A stretch of 64,000 nt of DNA from Podarcis liolepis (GCA_965112155.1 OZ218105.1); one strand, 5' to 3'. Positions 27,901-38,954 are shown, numbered from the stretch's first letter. Translations and numbers: made by a program. The notes: a model not told the origin generated them from the sequence alone.

Positions 27901-28877
27901 CCTGATTCTCGCGTCTTCCATTTTCTTGTTTGTACTTTATATGGAAATTTAGTTTATTTACTTTGAGTGGAGTAATTTAAATAATACTGCAATTGCTTCA
28001 GCATACCAGGCTTCAGTGAAAGTGAAGACTGTGCCGCATTGGAGCAGCTCCTAGAGGGGTATGATCAGCAAGACCAGGACCAAGTATCAGATGTTTGCAA
28101 TTCACCCCTGTTTAAATACATGGACAATGATGTAAGTTGGTGTCTCAATTTATTTTCTTAAGCAGAATATATTAACTGATTATTTTGATCCACAGGATGT
28201 TTTGTACTGACAAATAGTAAGTTGCAATGCTATGCATAAATGTGGCATTTCCTGTGATACATGAGTATTCAAGTCACTGCCAAAGCTAAAGTCTGAATGG
28301 GCTGTGGGTAGTATCTTGTCATCTTGGTCATACAACTTTTTTTTCAGAGGGCTTTTTCCTTCTAGAAAAAAGATTGGCTGTAACATAGGTTTGTAAATAC
28401 TGATTTCAGATTGCAGAGATAGGCCTTCCTTTACATTACTTGTGTTTTTAATCTTAATGTCTTATAATTTTATTATTGCAATTGTTAATGGCTTTGTAGA
28501 TTAAATTTTTGAGATAAAATAGTGAGAAATAATCACGGTGCCCTGGGACACAGATGAATGTGTCCACTGCTTTGTATTCTGTTACTTTCCCTTAGAGTAG
28601 TATTAGTGGGGTGCTGGCATTTTCTAATTAACCATTCTGTTACTTTATGCAAATACCCACATTGACTGCAGCAGAGTAAGTTAAACAGGGCATGTATGCT
28701 CAACATCTTGTTCTTGCCCTCTGCCAGTATGCCAAGCTTGGCCTCTCATTGGCTGTCCCAGGAGGAGGTGTGAAGAAGAAATCCCCAGTTACTCCACAGG
28801 GCAAAGTGGGTGAACCAGGTGAAGGAGGTTCCCGTGGAAATGAGGAAGATGATGATTATGCAAGTGGACTACTGTAA
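18583..28877 (+). CDS. NAPG: NAPG, gamma-soluble NSF attachment protein (gamma-SNAP); complete 12-exon CDS, 945 nt, 314 aa
   Basis: Spliced translation MAAQKINEGLEHIAKAEKYLKTGLLKWKPDYDSAA...SPLFKYMDNDYAKLGLSL...DDDYASGLL* matches vertebrate gamma-SNAP; all introns GT-AG with consistent phases; NAPG next to PIEZO2 is conserved synteny. Confidence 0.98.
19543..19610 (+). CDS. NAPG: NAPG exon 2
   Basis: ttcag|T LKTGLLKWKPDYDSAATEYSKA G|gtatgt. Confidence 0.96.
20515..20599 (+). CDS. NAPG: NAPG exon 3
   Basis: VAFKNAKQYDQAKEAYYKEALCQENNK, donor GC|gtatccattt (U12-like). Confidence 0.95.
20600..21099 (+). other. NAPG: U12-type (minor spliceosome) GT-AG intron 3 of NAPG
   Basis: 5' site GTATCCATTT (consensus RTATCCTTT); branch motif TCCTTGAC at 21072-21079, about 21 nt from the AG; no strong polypyrimidine tract. 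Confidence 0.85.
21100..21117 (+). CDS. NAPG: NAPG exon 4 (18-nt microexon)
   Basis: ttccag|T CTC TTC CAT GCT GCA AA|gtaagt gives the conserved ALFHAAK. Confidence 0.93.
21430..21960. mobile_element. Tc1/mariner-superfamily non-autonomous element with GC-rich interior, NAPG intron 4
   Basis: TIR ccatatatacttgagtataagccga / tcggcttatactcgagtatatacgg. Confidence 0.85.
22313..22343 (+). CDS. NAPG: NAPG exon 5
   Basis: AYEQVGMMLK|gtatgg. Confidence 0.95.
23367..23476 (+). CDS. NAPG: NAPG exon 6
   Basis: EMKQHHDAVEMIQRASMMYLENGTPDTAAIALDRAG, donor gtaagt. Confidence 0.96.
23595..23661 (+). CDS. NAPG: NAPG exon 7
   Basis: VIENINPDKAIQLYQQTAAVFE|gtaagt. Confidence 0.96.
24236..24306 (+). CDS. 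NAPG: NAPG exon 8
   Basis: NEERLRQAVEMYGKASRLLVRGR, donor gtgggc. Confidence 0.96.
24720..24870 (+). mobile_element. tRNA-Lys(CTT)-headed SINE with CR1-type tail
   Basis: Head resembles tRNA-Lys (tagctcag...tcttaatctca...cccatgttgggc); tail attcctgcattgcagg...ggactag...cccttccaactc...gattcta. Confidence 0.75.
24968..25327 (-). mobile_element. Sauria SINE (different subfamily) in NAPG intron 8
   Basis: Reverse complement of the same head and ACCTTT-type tail; TSD ctcattgtta. Confidence 0.9.
25720..25798 (+). CDS. NAPG: NAPG exon 9
   Basis: LDEAAVSIQKEKSLYKDIENYPTCYK|gtataa. Confidence 0.96.
26724..26803 (+). CDS. NAPG: NAPG exon 10
   Basis: KTIAQVLVHLHRNDYVAAEKCVRESC, donor gtaagt. Confidence 0.96.
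27060..27600 (-). mobile_element. Old L2 fragment, NAPG intron 10
   Basis: Degenerate reverse match to the L2 LDY.N..Y.G.PLK region. Confidence 0.55.
28002..28131 (+). CDS. NAPG: NAPG exon 11
   Basis: IPGFSESEDCAALEQLLEGYDQQDQDQVSDVCNSPLFKYMDND|gtaagt. Confidence 0.97.
28728..28877 (+). CDS. NAPG: NAPG exon 12 (terminal coding exon)
   Basis: ctgccag|YAKLGLSLAVPGGGVKKKSP...EEDDDYASGLL TAA. Confidence 0.96.
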   Translation, partial: YAKLGLSLAVPGGGVKKKSPVTPQGKVGEPGEGGSRGNEEDDDYASGLL

Positions 28878-29080
28878 CTCCAATACAACTCTACTCTTAA
28901 ATGTCAACCTAGCTGTTTCTGGCAATGAGCAATTCTGGAAGCTGCCGTCACTTCATTGCAATCAGTAAATTGGAAATTTAAATATTTGTCTGCTTCTGGG
29001 AAACTTGTACGGAAAGCATGGTTGTACATTTCAAAGTCTTCTTGAGTTACAGTCCTACATCTTTGCAGTGCATCTGCTTT

Positions 29081-29086
29081 AATAAA
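29081..29086 (+). terminator. NAPG: Candidate proximal NAPG polyA signal AATAAA (a distal TATAAA variant lies at 30488-30493)
   Basis: Hexamer about 200 nt after the stop; AU/UGUA-rich UTR-like sequence continues to about 30510. Confidence 0.45.
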
Positions 29087-31311
29087 GAATTTTGAGTATT
29101 ACAGTCTTCCCTTCAAAGGGGGAAGTGGGGTTGGATGATGGCATTTACCTTCTGATAATTCTTTCTAGATGTCTAGTTTCAGGGCCTATTGCTTCATGCT
29201 CTGATATTCCTGGGCAAGGATGGAGTTCAGGCAAAGGAGTGTTAAGCATTTTTTTGAACAATACCCACTAAACAGTGTGGAACACCTTAAACTATGTTGG
29301 CTATCCCTTTTCCCATATGGCCCTAATATTTTCTGAAACATAATGTATATAGAAGGTTTATGGGCCAGTGTTGGGAAGGCATAATTAGTTCTTTAGAAGC
29401 ATAAATAGTGAAAACTAGTTTTCTGAGTAACACAACACCTCTATAGATAAACTGGAAAAGAAACCTTGTTTTCTTTTGAATATCACATACTTTAGCTATG
29501 GAAACTTCAGCATTTCTGGGCAAAAAAGGACCCCACACTCATTGGTATGCAAATGATACGCTTTTCATATTCAGAGAATATCTAACATTATGAACTTGCA
29601 GATTTTCCAGGGAGAAGTAATATACCACAGGAGAAGGATCTTGAAATGTGTTCAATAACATTCCTAGTAGCTTTCAGTTGTGTTGATTCAGCATCATGAA
29701 CACAATTCCCTGTTAATCGCATCCCTTGCCATAGGGTAATGTTTACTTTCACGGGTAATTCAATTATTGCTGTTTTTGTCAAGTATAGACTTGCACTATT
29801 ATGTATTGCGTGAGGAAAGGAACATGACTGTAAAACACTGTTGTTTTTTGAGGTGTGTGTGTGGGGGGGGGAGACAGTAAATTCTTAAATCACACATTCA
29901 GACGTTTATGGAGAGATGTTTGTAACCCAGTGAGTATAACAGTTTTGAACTAGGCCCACTTCCTATTTTCATGGTACATGGAAATCTTCAGGGATATAAA
30001 ACTGAATTTGTGTGCAATGAAACAACATTTTTACAAAGGATTGCAATGACACTTTCAGAATTGAAATTTGTGAAGTTGAGTGTAACTTAAAATGCGTAAT
30101 GTCTATATTTTTTGACCTAATGACCTTTATTTTAGCTGGCAAAAATGTAATGGAAACCCTAGTATCTTTATTCAATGTTAAACAGTAATCAGCACTTTCT
30201 GATATGTGTTTTAGTGTTTGTTTCCCAAAGCACTGTACACACTTCCTTTGACTAAGAGAGCAAATGTAGCAAGGAGGAAGGTTTTGAGGAATAATGCCAA
30301 CTTTTCAAGAGCCAAAGCATGTGTTGGTTTGCATGAAGTTGCTAAAATACTATGAAAGTAAATAACTATAAATTATTGAATACTGCTCATTTGTACACCC
30401 AGATGTTGTGTAAACTGTGTTTTATGCAATGTGAAACCTGTACTTTAATTGTAATTCTGCCTGGCCTTTCCGTGGGATGCAGTAGAGTATAAAAAAATGT
30501 TGTAATTCTCTACAAGATCCAGCCTCCTGAGAAGAGGCTCTGTAATTCAGCTGTAAAAAAAATCTTAAAACAACAAGTTTCTGTGTGTGCTTTTATGATG
30601 ATTGTGATCAGTTTGATCCATTGGGGTGCTGAAATGTCAATGGAACTGAAAATATCAAACCTCAGTAGTTGAGGTGAAAAACTAGTGTTACTCAATGAGC
30701 AGAAGTTACTTAGGCTGTTTACAGTATCTGTTAATCCTGTCACTAGAATTTCTCAATTGCTTTTACGGTGTAATCTTTAAATCTTCCAAGTGAGAAGTAA
30801 TTTGAATATTGGCAGTCACTAGCTAGATCAGGCATTTCTCAACTGTTTCTCTTTTAAGGGGTCTTGTAAATAATGAGAAGTTTGTTGCTTCTGGATATGG
30901 AAGGTCACATACAAACTATAAAATGAACCTAGAATGAACACTTTGTAATAGGCTACACAAAATTGTACTGACTCTTGGGTATGACCAATTGACTTTAAGA
31001 ATGCTTTGGTGTGTGTTTGTTTAGTCTAGTAACTGAGTTGACCTGTGGTGCTTTCAGAAGAAAATGTCCCATTTGGGGCTTCTGTTTGGCAGTTTATGGA
31101 TTTAGAATTGCAGTGTAGTTTAATTATAGCCACAAGATGGTGCTGTGGTTTAGACAAAAGTGTGTTGTTTTTACTCTACCCTTCTCTGTGAATGCAGTGA
31201 ACATGAAAAACTATCTTAAATCAAGATTTATACCTTGCCTTTGGTTCAAAAGATCCTCAATATCTGCTTCTAACAGATTGCAGCAATGCAGAACTACCCT
31301 TCCACCTGCAG

Positions 31312-32160
31312 CGTGTCCTATATATGTTCATAGGTTACATGATGGCATGTATATAAACACATGTTGCCATGGAGATGTCCCACGGGGATGTTGCATTGCA
31401 CTTCAATTAGCAGAAGACCAGTCTCCATTCAAACTCCAAATAAATGTGTGTATTATACAGCACCAACATCACATCAGAGAATAAAATAGCCATGCGGCTT
31501 GAATTGCCAAAATGGTTACAAAGAATGAAGTGGTTAGTTGAGACAATCCCCAGGCATAGATTAAGTGTGTTTCCTGAGTTTCAAAGTGACCTGAGGCTGA
31601 GTCAGGATTGAGATTCTTGAAGTAGCTAGGTATGAGTCCCTAGATACAAATCACAGTCCACTTTCATAGAAGCATCTAAGTGCAACCCTCTGCAGTGCAG
31701 GAATCTCGACTAAAGCATCCGTGACAGATGGCCATTCAACCTCTTCTTAGAAACCTCCAAGGAAGGAGAGTCACTACCTTCCAAGGTTCTACTGTCAAAA
31801 CAGTTCTTACCATCATAAAGTTCTTCCTGATGTTTAGTCAGAATCTCCTTGTATCTTGAAGCCATTGGTTCAGGTCATACCCTCTGGAGCAGGAGAAAAC
31901 AAGGACATTTGCAACTTGGAGGCTCTTGAAAGTTGAAGTACATGAATTGCCTGTCAACGTCTTCAAAGGAAAGCTCAGCATTGACGGTGACCTCATCAGA
32001 TGTGACATGAATAAGGTATTCAACACCTTGGCCAATGACTTGCACCTCACAGATTTGGGTATGTAGCATGAAGAAATATTGGGCACTGTGCACTACATGT
32101 TTTTTGAGAGACAAGGTTGACTTCTTTGCTCAGAGGGATGACAATTATGCGTGGCCAAAG
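31312..32160 (+). pseudogene. Fossil gene exon A (gccATGg at 31369; CR1 inserted 31664-31903)
   Basis: ccacctgcag| MEMSHGDVALHFN*QKTSL...RLELPKWLQRMKWLVETIPRHRLSVFPEFQSDLRL (fs) VRIEILEVARYESLDTNHSPL [CR1] TFATWRLLKVEVHELPVNVFKGKLSIDGDLIRCDMNKVFNTLANDL (fs) KKYWALCTTCFLRDKVDFFAQRDDNYAWPK|gtaggc. Confidence 0.75.
31664..31903 (-). mobile_element. CR1 LINE 3' fragment inserted in fossil exon A
   Basis: tcatagaa tail; tgcagtgcaggaat; gacagatggccattcaacctc; aagttcttcctgatgtttag. Confidence 0.8.
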
Positions 32161-32578
32161 GTAGGCACACTTTGAAATCTCGAACCCCACAGAGTATGAA
32201 ACATGGAACAGAACAAACAGTTATCCATACGGATACTTTTAGTTTTTACTTTTGCTTGTGCAAACAGCTTAGGGGCAGCTTCAAACTGGAAAAATGTTGC
32301 AGGGGATCCTGGTCTTTCCTTATGGTGTCTGTTTAACTTTTCATTATTATTAAAGTGAAAGATCCCAATCACAGATCTTCCACATCACATGTATTTTAGC
32401 CATAAATGAAGTGGCAAAGCCATGAGTGCTTAAAACGTGCATTAAGCCTTAGGAGTACTGTATGAGAAAATTCTTCAGCTTAAAACACCTACAGAGCTTC
32501 ACAGCTCATGGATATGCCAAGTGCCTTAACGGTTTACTGACTCCAGTTTTTTCCCCTCTGGCCCTGGTCCTCTCCAAG

Positions 32579-32760
32579 CAACTGCTTCCAAATGGAACAG
32601 CTCCGAAGAAAGAATTATGGTGACTTGCGCTCTGTGCTGGAGCTCACGACACATTTTATTAGAGGTCGCGAGAGAGTGGTTAACCTCCACGTGCCCTTTG
32701 ATTGTGAATTCCTCAAGCCTGTGTGCAAGAGCAGCACAGCATGTTTATAAGCTTTTGATA
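32579..32760 (+). pseudogene. Fossil gene exon B
   Basis: Branch-like tactgac, pyrimidine tract, aag| NCFQMEQLRRKNYGDLRSVLELTTHFIRGRERVVNLHVPFDCEFLKPVCKSSTACL*AFD A|gtaaat. Confidence 0.75.
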
Positions 32761-34014
32761 GTAAATATATTAACCCTCCCTGCTAGAGGGGGTTTCTCTG
32801 TGAAACTTTGGGAATGGCCCCCTAGTCCAAATATCCTACTTTAATGTAAGTTCAAGTATGATTAACTGAAATAATTGCATATTCTACCCCTTCCTCCCTC
32901 TCTCCCTGTCACATCTGTTTTGAAATTGCAAATTGGGTAGGAGCCCATCTAACCTGTTCCTTGCAGAGCCCTGTGTGTGTGTGTTTGATGTCAAGCCTTT
33001 ACCACGAGAACACTTACCTTCCTTCATTGAAAGAATCTCATCCTGCTGATTTGAGGTTTTTAAGTGGGACATTGAACACGCATGTCATCCTGTATTGGTA
33101 TTACAAAGAGACTTGCGCCATCACATAAAATATTAGTGGCTTGTCTATGTTTGGGCATAAGCAGATGGTGTTATAGCAAGGTATGTTCCCACCCTAAGGG
33201 CTAGGGGTGTGCATTTGAATGAGCCATATATAAGCCACAATCCTGTTTTGTTTCAGCATACATTTTGAAGTCTTCTATCCTGCTACTGCTTCTGATTTGT
33301 TCTGCTTTATTTTTACTGTATTATTTTTATTGTAGTCAGCTGCCTTCAGTATAGGCCACTATAGAAAGGAGAGGTATTAAATCAGAGGCTAAATAAAAAT
33401 AGATATGAAGAATTGTGTTGCTCTGCTGGGGAGCAGAAGAGAAGCAGTAGTAACATGAAAAATGTGTTTGTAGAGTGTAAGATGACTAATTGCATCCCCA
33501 AGCAATTTGTGATTGGGGATTGATGACTTCAGAATATGAAACTTGGAAACCTAAACTCTTAATATATAGCAAGGCGGTGGCCTGGTTTGTATTTCATGGT
33601 AAGCCCAAACTGTGGCTTACCTAGAGAGGAATTCAGGGTCATTTTGCCCCTCCCTTGTCCTTTTTATTGCCTCACTGCACTGAGCTAAGCCAACCTTAGT
33701 GTGTCATCCTAACACAGGTTCATGCTTAAGCTCTCTTCATTCCTCACTAACCTTGGCTTGGCTTGGCACTTCAGTAAAAAGGGCTCGTTAGGAGTCAAGC
33801 TGCTGTGAGAAATGTTGGCTTGTCAAAGACTAAAACATGAAAGTTTGATATCTGCAGCTATTAAAAGTTCTGCAATTTCAAACGGATAAGAAGGCCAAAT
33901 TCAGTGCTTTCCAGTCTTGCAATTTGTGAGGGATTGGCTCGTGAATTTATGGATAGCAGAGTCATGACCGCTTGTTAACTCTGCCCCTAGTAGTACTAGG
34001 TTGGCTCTTTGTAG

Positions 34015-34085
34015 GCTATTTAGATTGCGAGACAGAGAGATTAAATCTGGCCATGGCTCATCTGGAACTTGGTTCACTGTTGCAG
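34015..34085 (+). pseudogene. Fossil gene exon C
   Basis: ctttgtag|GC YLDCETERLNLAMAHLELGSLLQ|ataaaa (donor GT>AT). Confidence 0.55.
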
Positions 34086-34940
34086 ATAAAACCTAGGCAA
34101 GAAGACTTTTGTTTCCTGAGGAAATAGATACTGGTTTAAATGATTCTTCCTCCCTTATTGGTACCTTAGCAAGGTTTTTTGGTTTTATTTACTGTGTGGG
34201 CTCCAAGGATATGGAGCAGCAGGTTGGTGGAAGATTCATTTGTGGGCCAGCTGTAGGCTGAGTGCCTGTAGGCAGCAGTGCAGCTGCAGGACTCATTAAT
34301 TATGCTGCCTCAGTAGATTGACCTAGCTTAGCAGGTGGGAGGGATTGACATAATAGGTCAGCCAGCAAGAGGCCAGCAGGGGGCTGGAGCGTATGCATCT
34401 CTCACATGGGGCCTGACTCCTGAGCTTCAGTGTGGGTCCTGACTGTACTGGCCAGCTGGAATCTTTCCGTCGATTCCCGACGCTCCCAATAACAGAACAG
34501 GGAGGTACATTATCTTGTTCTTACTATCTTCCTCATGCTGTGTGATTTTGCTTAAATGCTGTACAGTTTTCTATACTATTTAATAGAAGCACTAAGCCTC
34601 CTTCCATTTGTGTTGTGATTGCCATTGAATCCAAAAAAAGCCCTTTTATTTGGTGAAACAATTGTCTCCCACGCTGGCTGACAAGTTTTAATGTTTTAAT
34701 GTATGTTGTTCAAGTGTTTTTTTATTGCTGAGATGTGTTTTTCCTAACACTCTTTTTATTGTGTTGTACACTGCTTTGGCTGCTTCCTCATACTACAGAA
34801 AACATTTGTTTAACTTTAAAGTAAATAAAATTCATGGGGGTTTCCTGCAATACCATAGCTCTCCACCTTTGGGGAGTAGATAATTTGTTAACAAACATTT
34901 GGGCTTTTAACTCTTATTGCCTTTCTGGCTTGGCCTTCAA

Positions 34941-34973
34941 TACTGGAAAAGTGTGACTATGCTCCAGAAGGAT
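34941..34973 (+). pseudogene. Fossil gene exon D (33 nt, tentative)
   Basis: pyrimidine tract, caa (AG>AA)| YWKSVTMLQKD|gtattt. Confidence 0.35.
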
Positions 34974-35583
34974 GTATTTATATCCCTTTACTTTATATCC
35001 CTTTATTTATATCCCTTTAGTTATATTGGATATTCATGGCCTGTGACCTCTAGGCACCCTTCTGACCTAAAGTCAATAATTTCTTGTCTTCTTTAATGAA
35101 AGACTCACAATACAGGAATCTGGAAGTTTTGGTCAAGCAAAAAAAGTCTGGGCTAATCAAAATTAGTTTTAGTTTGGGATTTGCACCAAGTAAACAAGAT
35201 TAGTTAGTGCCTGATTTATGCACAAGCTAGGTAAGCTTGTCCCCCCCCCCCGCCGCCCCCCATGGTAGAATTTGTAGGCGCTCTCTGTGCCTCCAGGGGG
35301 AGGGAGTTCCATTGTATACTCCTCCCTTCCCTTACTTGTGCTCTGTGCATGATAAGTAGAAACTTTGGTTTGCACAAACTATAGTTTGTGGTTTTGGCTA
35401 GAAGGGTTTGCAGACTGTGGTTTGATGCCAAACCAGGATTAGGACTTGCTAATGGTATCTAAACCATGGTTTACCAGTTTGCCTGAATGGACACACTTCG
35501 TGGTATACACAATTACTACAAAATAGTTAGAAGATCTGAACCTGTGTTTGATTTTTTGTGTCGCCTATTTATTGACTGTGCAG

Positions 35584-35690
35584 AAGGAAGCTTACCATTG
35601 GACTATACTTGTTTTAATGATAGTCTGAGGCCTGTTCCTAAAAACTAGAAAGAGAAGGCTGTTGATAGAAAGCTACCTAGATCAAGAACA
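35584..35690 (+). pseudogene. Fossil gene exon E
   Basis: tgtgcag| KEAYHWTILVLMIV*GLFLKTRKRRLLIESYLDQE CA|gtagga. Confidence 0.6.
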
Positions 35691-35857
35691 GTAGGAAAGC
35701 GGACACTTCCTTAGGGAGGTACAGGCATTATGGCAACCCCCCTTTGTGGTTTGTATTGTGATTTTTATGAGAGACACATTGTGAATCTCTCTCCCAACTA
35801 AATATAGACAGTACATTTATCTTGAACTATTCAACCAACTTTAACATCTCCTGCAAA

Positions 35858-35939
35858 GAAGGATTGCTTTCTTTAAGCCAAGAGCTGAATTTACTGCCAG
35901 GCAATCTGGACAAACTTGCGTTCACTCACCTCCAATTCT
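35858..35939 (+). pseudogene. Fossil gene exon F
   Basis: KDCFL*AKS*IYCQAIWTNLRSLTSNS|gtaagt; acceptor damaged or shifted by 1 nt. Confidence 0.6.
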
Positions 35940-36217
35940 GTAAGTACTCTAATCTCTGTTCAGGTTCACATGTAATGTACACACACAGAATCAGAGACAG
36001 ATGCATTTTGAGCCAGAACAATACACCAAGTTTCATGTTGGATTCTCAGACTCATCAAATTGTATAGAGAAGTTTGTAAAAGCTGCCAAAAGTTTAGTAA
36101 GATTTTGGCAAAAAACCCAAACAAACCAGGAGTAGATTGCTAGATCCATTAGAACAAAGGTCTAGGAGTCAAAGCTCATGGGTTTAGCCTTTTGCTGGCT
36201 TTTGTTCTTTCACAAAG

Positions 36218-36335
36218 ATTTTTAACTGCTCGGAATCGCTATTCATCCTTGGGTCAGGAGGAGCACCACAGTGGGTGTCTAACCATTTCCAATTTTTCTG
36301 TTTTGTTGCTATGCAATATACCTTAACTCATCAAG
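36218..36335 (+). pseudogene. Fossil gene exon G
   Basis: ttctttcacaaag| IFNCSESLFILGSGGAPQWVSNHFQFFCFVAMQYTLTHQ G|gtgctg; open frame. Confidence 0.6.
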
Positions 36336-36679
36336 GTGCTGACTACGTATTCTCTATGGGCCTTCTAAATTTTGGCTGCTCAGGGATCGTAGATTCTTCC
36401 TCCTCCCCCCATGTACACATTCTTCTTTCTTGAAAATAAGACATAGTAGCTTTCCTATGCTACTGTGCAGAGTGAAAAGATGTTGATTTTCATAGCAAGC
36501 AAATTTTAATTTTACCATTCAGCAATTCTGGCACTTGATATTTTCTCCAAGAGGCTATGTTAAGAACCAGTGGGAAAGGGCAGAATGGTATTGCAGAGTA
36601 AGAACCCAATCCTGTGAAGCTTTACTTGAAAGTAGGGCACACTGAATTCAAAGTAGCAGCCAATCCTATGCAAAATTAG

Positions 36680-36822
36680 TCTAAGTTAACCAATTTATTG
36701 TGGCATAAGCGTCCAGGGACTAGAGTTGGTCTCATTTATAGAACAAGTGAGCTCTTGTCCACAAAAGGTTAAGCTATAAACAAGTCTGTTAGTTGTTAAG
36801 GCCCCACAAGACACTCTTGTTG
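36680..36822. mobile_element. Penelope-like terminal-repeat remnant (imperfect palindrome)
   Basis: tttattgtggcataagc...gactagag / ctcttgtccacaaaagg...tgttagt...taaggccccacaagac resembles reptile Penelope ends. Confidence 0.5.
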
Positions 36823-37285
36823 ACAATAGTCTGGATGCTGTGATGCACAGTTAGTCACACTTCATTCTGTAAGGAATTAGGGGGCATGTGGGTATGATTG
36901 CTGATAAGATTATTAAAATCAGATATGAGGGAGACCCATAGCAGTGTACATTTAGGCATCAATGAGCCTAAAACTATTTCAGAACATTAAGAAATCATTG
37001 CTCAGATTGGACCATTAGTCACAAGCCCTGTTGCCATAATGTGTGAGATTTTAACAATGGGAGAAGGCAAAGAGGAGGGGTTCCCCTATTTCAGGTGTGA
37101 AGTAGCTGTGGCTCTCCAGTTGTGGCTGGTCTACAAGTTCTCTCATCCCTGATGTCTGGTTATGCTGCCTGAGAGTTCAGTCAGCTGAGAGTTGGAAAGC
37201 TCTGAGAGTCACCAATTTGAGATATTTGGAGGGCCACAGAGTCACCATCCTTGCCTTAGACTCAGGATTAACTATTCCCTTAAAT

Positions 37286-37424
37286 CAGGCCTAGGCAAAC
37301 TCTGCCCCCCCCCAAGATGTTTGAGACTACACTTCCCATCATCCCTAGCTAACAGGACAAGTGGTCAGGGATGATGGGAATTGTAGTCCCAAACATCTGG
37401 AGGGCTGGAGTTTACCTATGCCTG
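37286..37424. mobile_element. hAT MITE (139 bp, hairpin)
   Basis: TIR caggcctaggcaaact / agtttacctatgcctg; 8-bp TSD ccttaaat. Confidence 0.88.
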
Positions 37425-37523
37425 CCTTAAATGAAGTCCTCAATATAATTTAATCACAGTAGTATTTCTGGTTTTACATATGCTTTGTAATATAAAACTA
37501 GGGAAGTGACAATGTAACCTCAG

Positions 37524-37683
37524 ATTCGCTGTTAAGCAGGGGCCTCCGTGGGGGCAGGAGTTGGGGCAGACACACTGCTATGTGAATCAGGCTCGCCTGT
37601 CAACCCATCTTCCCTGGCATGGATTTATGGAACGGCAGCAGAAGATTAGTGAACTGCCATATGGTTGTTCCCATAATGCTCCA
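37524..37683 (+). pseudogene. Fossil gene exon H
   Basis: cctcag|AT SLLSRGLRGGRSWGRHTAM*IRLACQPIFPGMDLWNGSRRLVNCHMVVPIML CA|gtaagt. Confidence 0.65.
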
Positions 37684-37815
37684 GTAAGTCACTGTAGGAA
37701 TGTGAGAATGGCAGGTGGCTTGACCTAGATCATGGTGTTGCTGTTTACCACTGGTAGACTTGTAGGGGTGGTGCAGAGTATGCCAACGGGGGTTGCTTTG
37801 CCTGCCCCTCACTAG

Positions 37816-37943
37816 TCTGAAGTTGATCCTGTTTCTGAGAGACATCTACTCCTTGAATCTGGTGTTGCCTTTTGACCAAGCACTGGTTACATTTTGCAAC
37901 CGTATCTATGGTTATCTCACGCAGAACCACGCTTGCAACTCCT
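37816..37943 (+). pseudogene. Fossil gene exon I (3' end uncertain)
   Basis: cccctcactag|T LKLILFLRDIYSLNLVLPFDQALVTFCNRIYGYLTQNHACNS; strong GC3 bias. Confidence 0.65.
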
Positions 37944-38013
37944 ATATGATCTGGGAGCTATGGTTTATTTCCTCTAGAGTGATGATGGCAGCGGCAGCAT
38001 CCTATCACAGATA

Positions 38014-38255
38014 CAGTGGTACCTCGGGTTAAGTACTTAATTCGTTCCGGAGGTCCGTTCTTAACCTGAAACTGTTCTTAACCTGAAGCACCACTTTAGA
38101 TAATGGGGCCTCCTGCTGCTGCCATGCCGCCGGAGCACGATTTCTGTTCTCATCCTGAAGCAAAGTTCTTAACCCGAGGTACTATTTCTGGGTTAGCGGA
38201 ATCTGTAACCTGAAGCATATGTAACCTGAAGCATATGTAACCCAAGGTACCACTG
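38014..38255. mobile_element. Tigger/pogo-like MITE
   Basis: TA TSD; TIR cagtggtacctcgggtta / taacccaaggtaccactg. Confidence 0.88.
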
Positions 38256-38490
38256 TATTTCCCTTTTCTGAAAGGAGACATGGTCCTGAAGACATTGCAA
38301 GTCAAACGTGAGCTATGAACGTTGCGTTGAAAATATATAATGAAATAATTATGCATACCACACTCACTGATGAGTAAATTCATTTCATACGCCTAGCACC
38401 TGCAGTCTGTCTGGCTGCTGGCTCCTTTACAATTGTGCCTCTAGCCAATTTATACTTAACATATGCTTTTCTATCTACTCCTTTTTATAG

Positions 38491-38682
38491 AGCAATGGAG
38501 ATGGCAAATGCAGATGCTCAGAGTCATCTGCTGTTTTGGCTGATGTGTCTGCATACTGAAGCTCTGTTCTCAGAGCAGACATCATACTGTTGTTGGAGAA
38601 CAAGTCCTGGCTGAAGTTTTTAAATAGCTCTGTAATCTCCAGAGGGCCCATTAATACTGTCTGATATATTGATTTGGTTACG
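38491..38682 (+). pseudogene. Fossil gene exon J (donor at 38631 or 38682)
   Basis: ctcctttttatag|A AMEMANADAQSHLLFWLMCLHTEAL (fs) LRADIILLLENKSWLKFLNSSV; RGS-like LLFWL and LENKSWLKFLNS. Confidence 0.7.
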
Positions 38683-38954
38683 GTTATTAATAAGAGGCAA
38701 TTAGGACCTGCAACAAAAAGTTTGCACTGTTCCAGCCAGCCATGGCCACCTCAGTGCTACTCCATTCAGTTTCCCTCTCCTGACAAGTCATCCTGTGGCA
38801 ACCGAATGTGGTCATTGGGCAGATTTTTGGGGATCATTCATTCATTAGGGTGTTGTGTTGCTGTCTTTTGTATTTATGCAAGCATTGGGGTCCCAGAGTC
38901 TGGTGGCACGTCCCTGTTTTGCATGGCTATTGCTATTTTGGCTATATAAGCAAA

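Noticed and set aside
31137-31484. 115-aa ORF overlapping fossil exon A
   Set aside because: Different frame from the GC3-biased one and it crosses the acceptor; likely chance
31875-32114. Minus-strand 79-aa ORF (also 44425-44622)
   Set aside because: Antisense shadows of the + strand fossil coding exons
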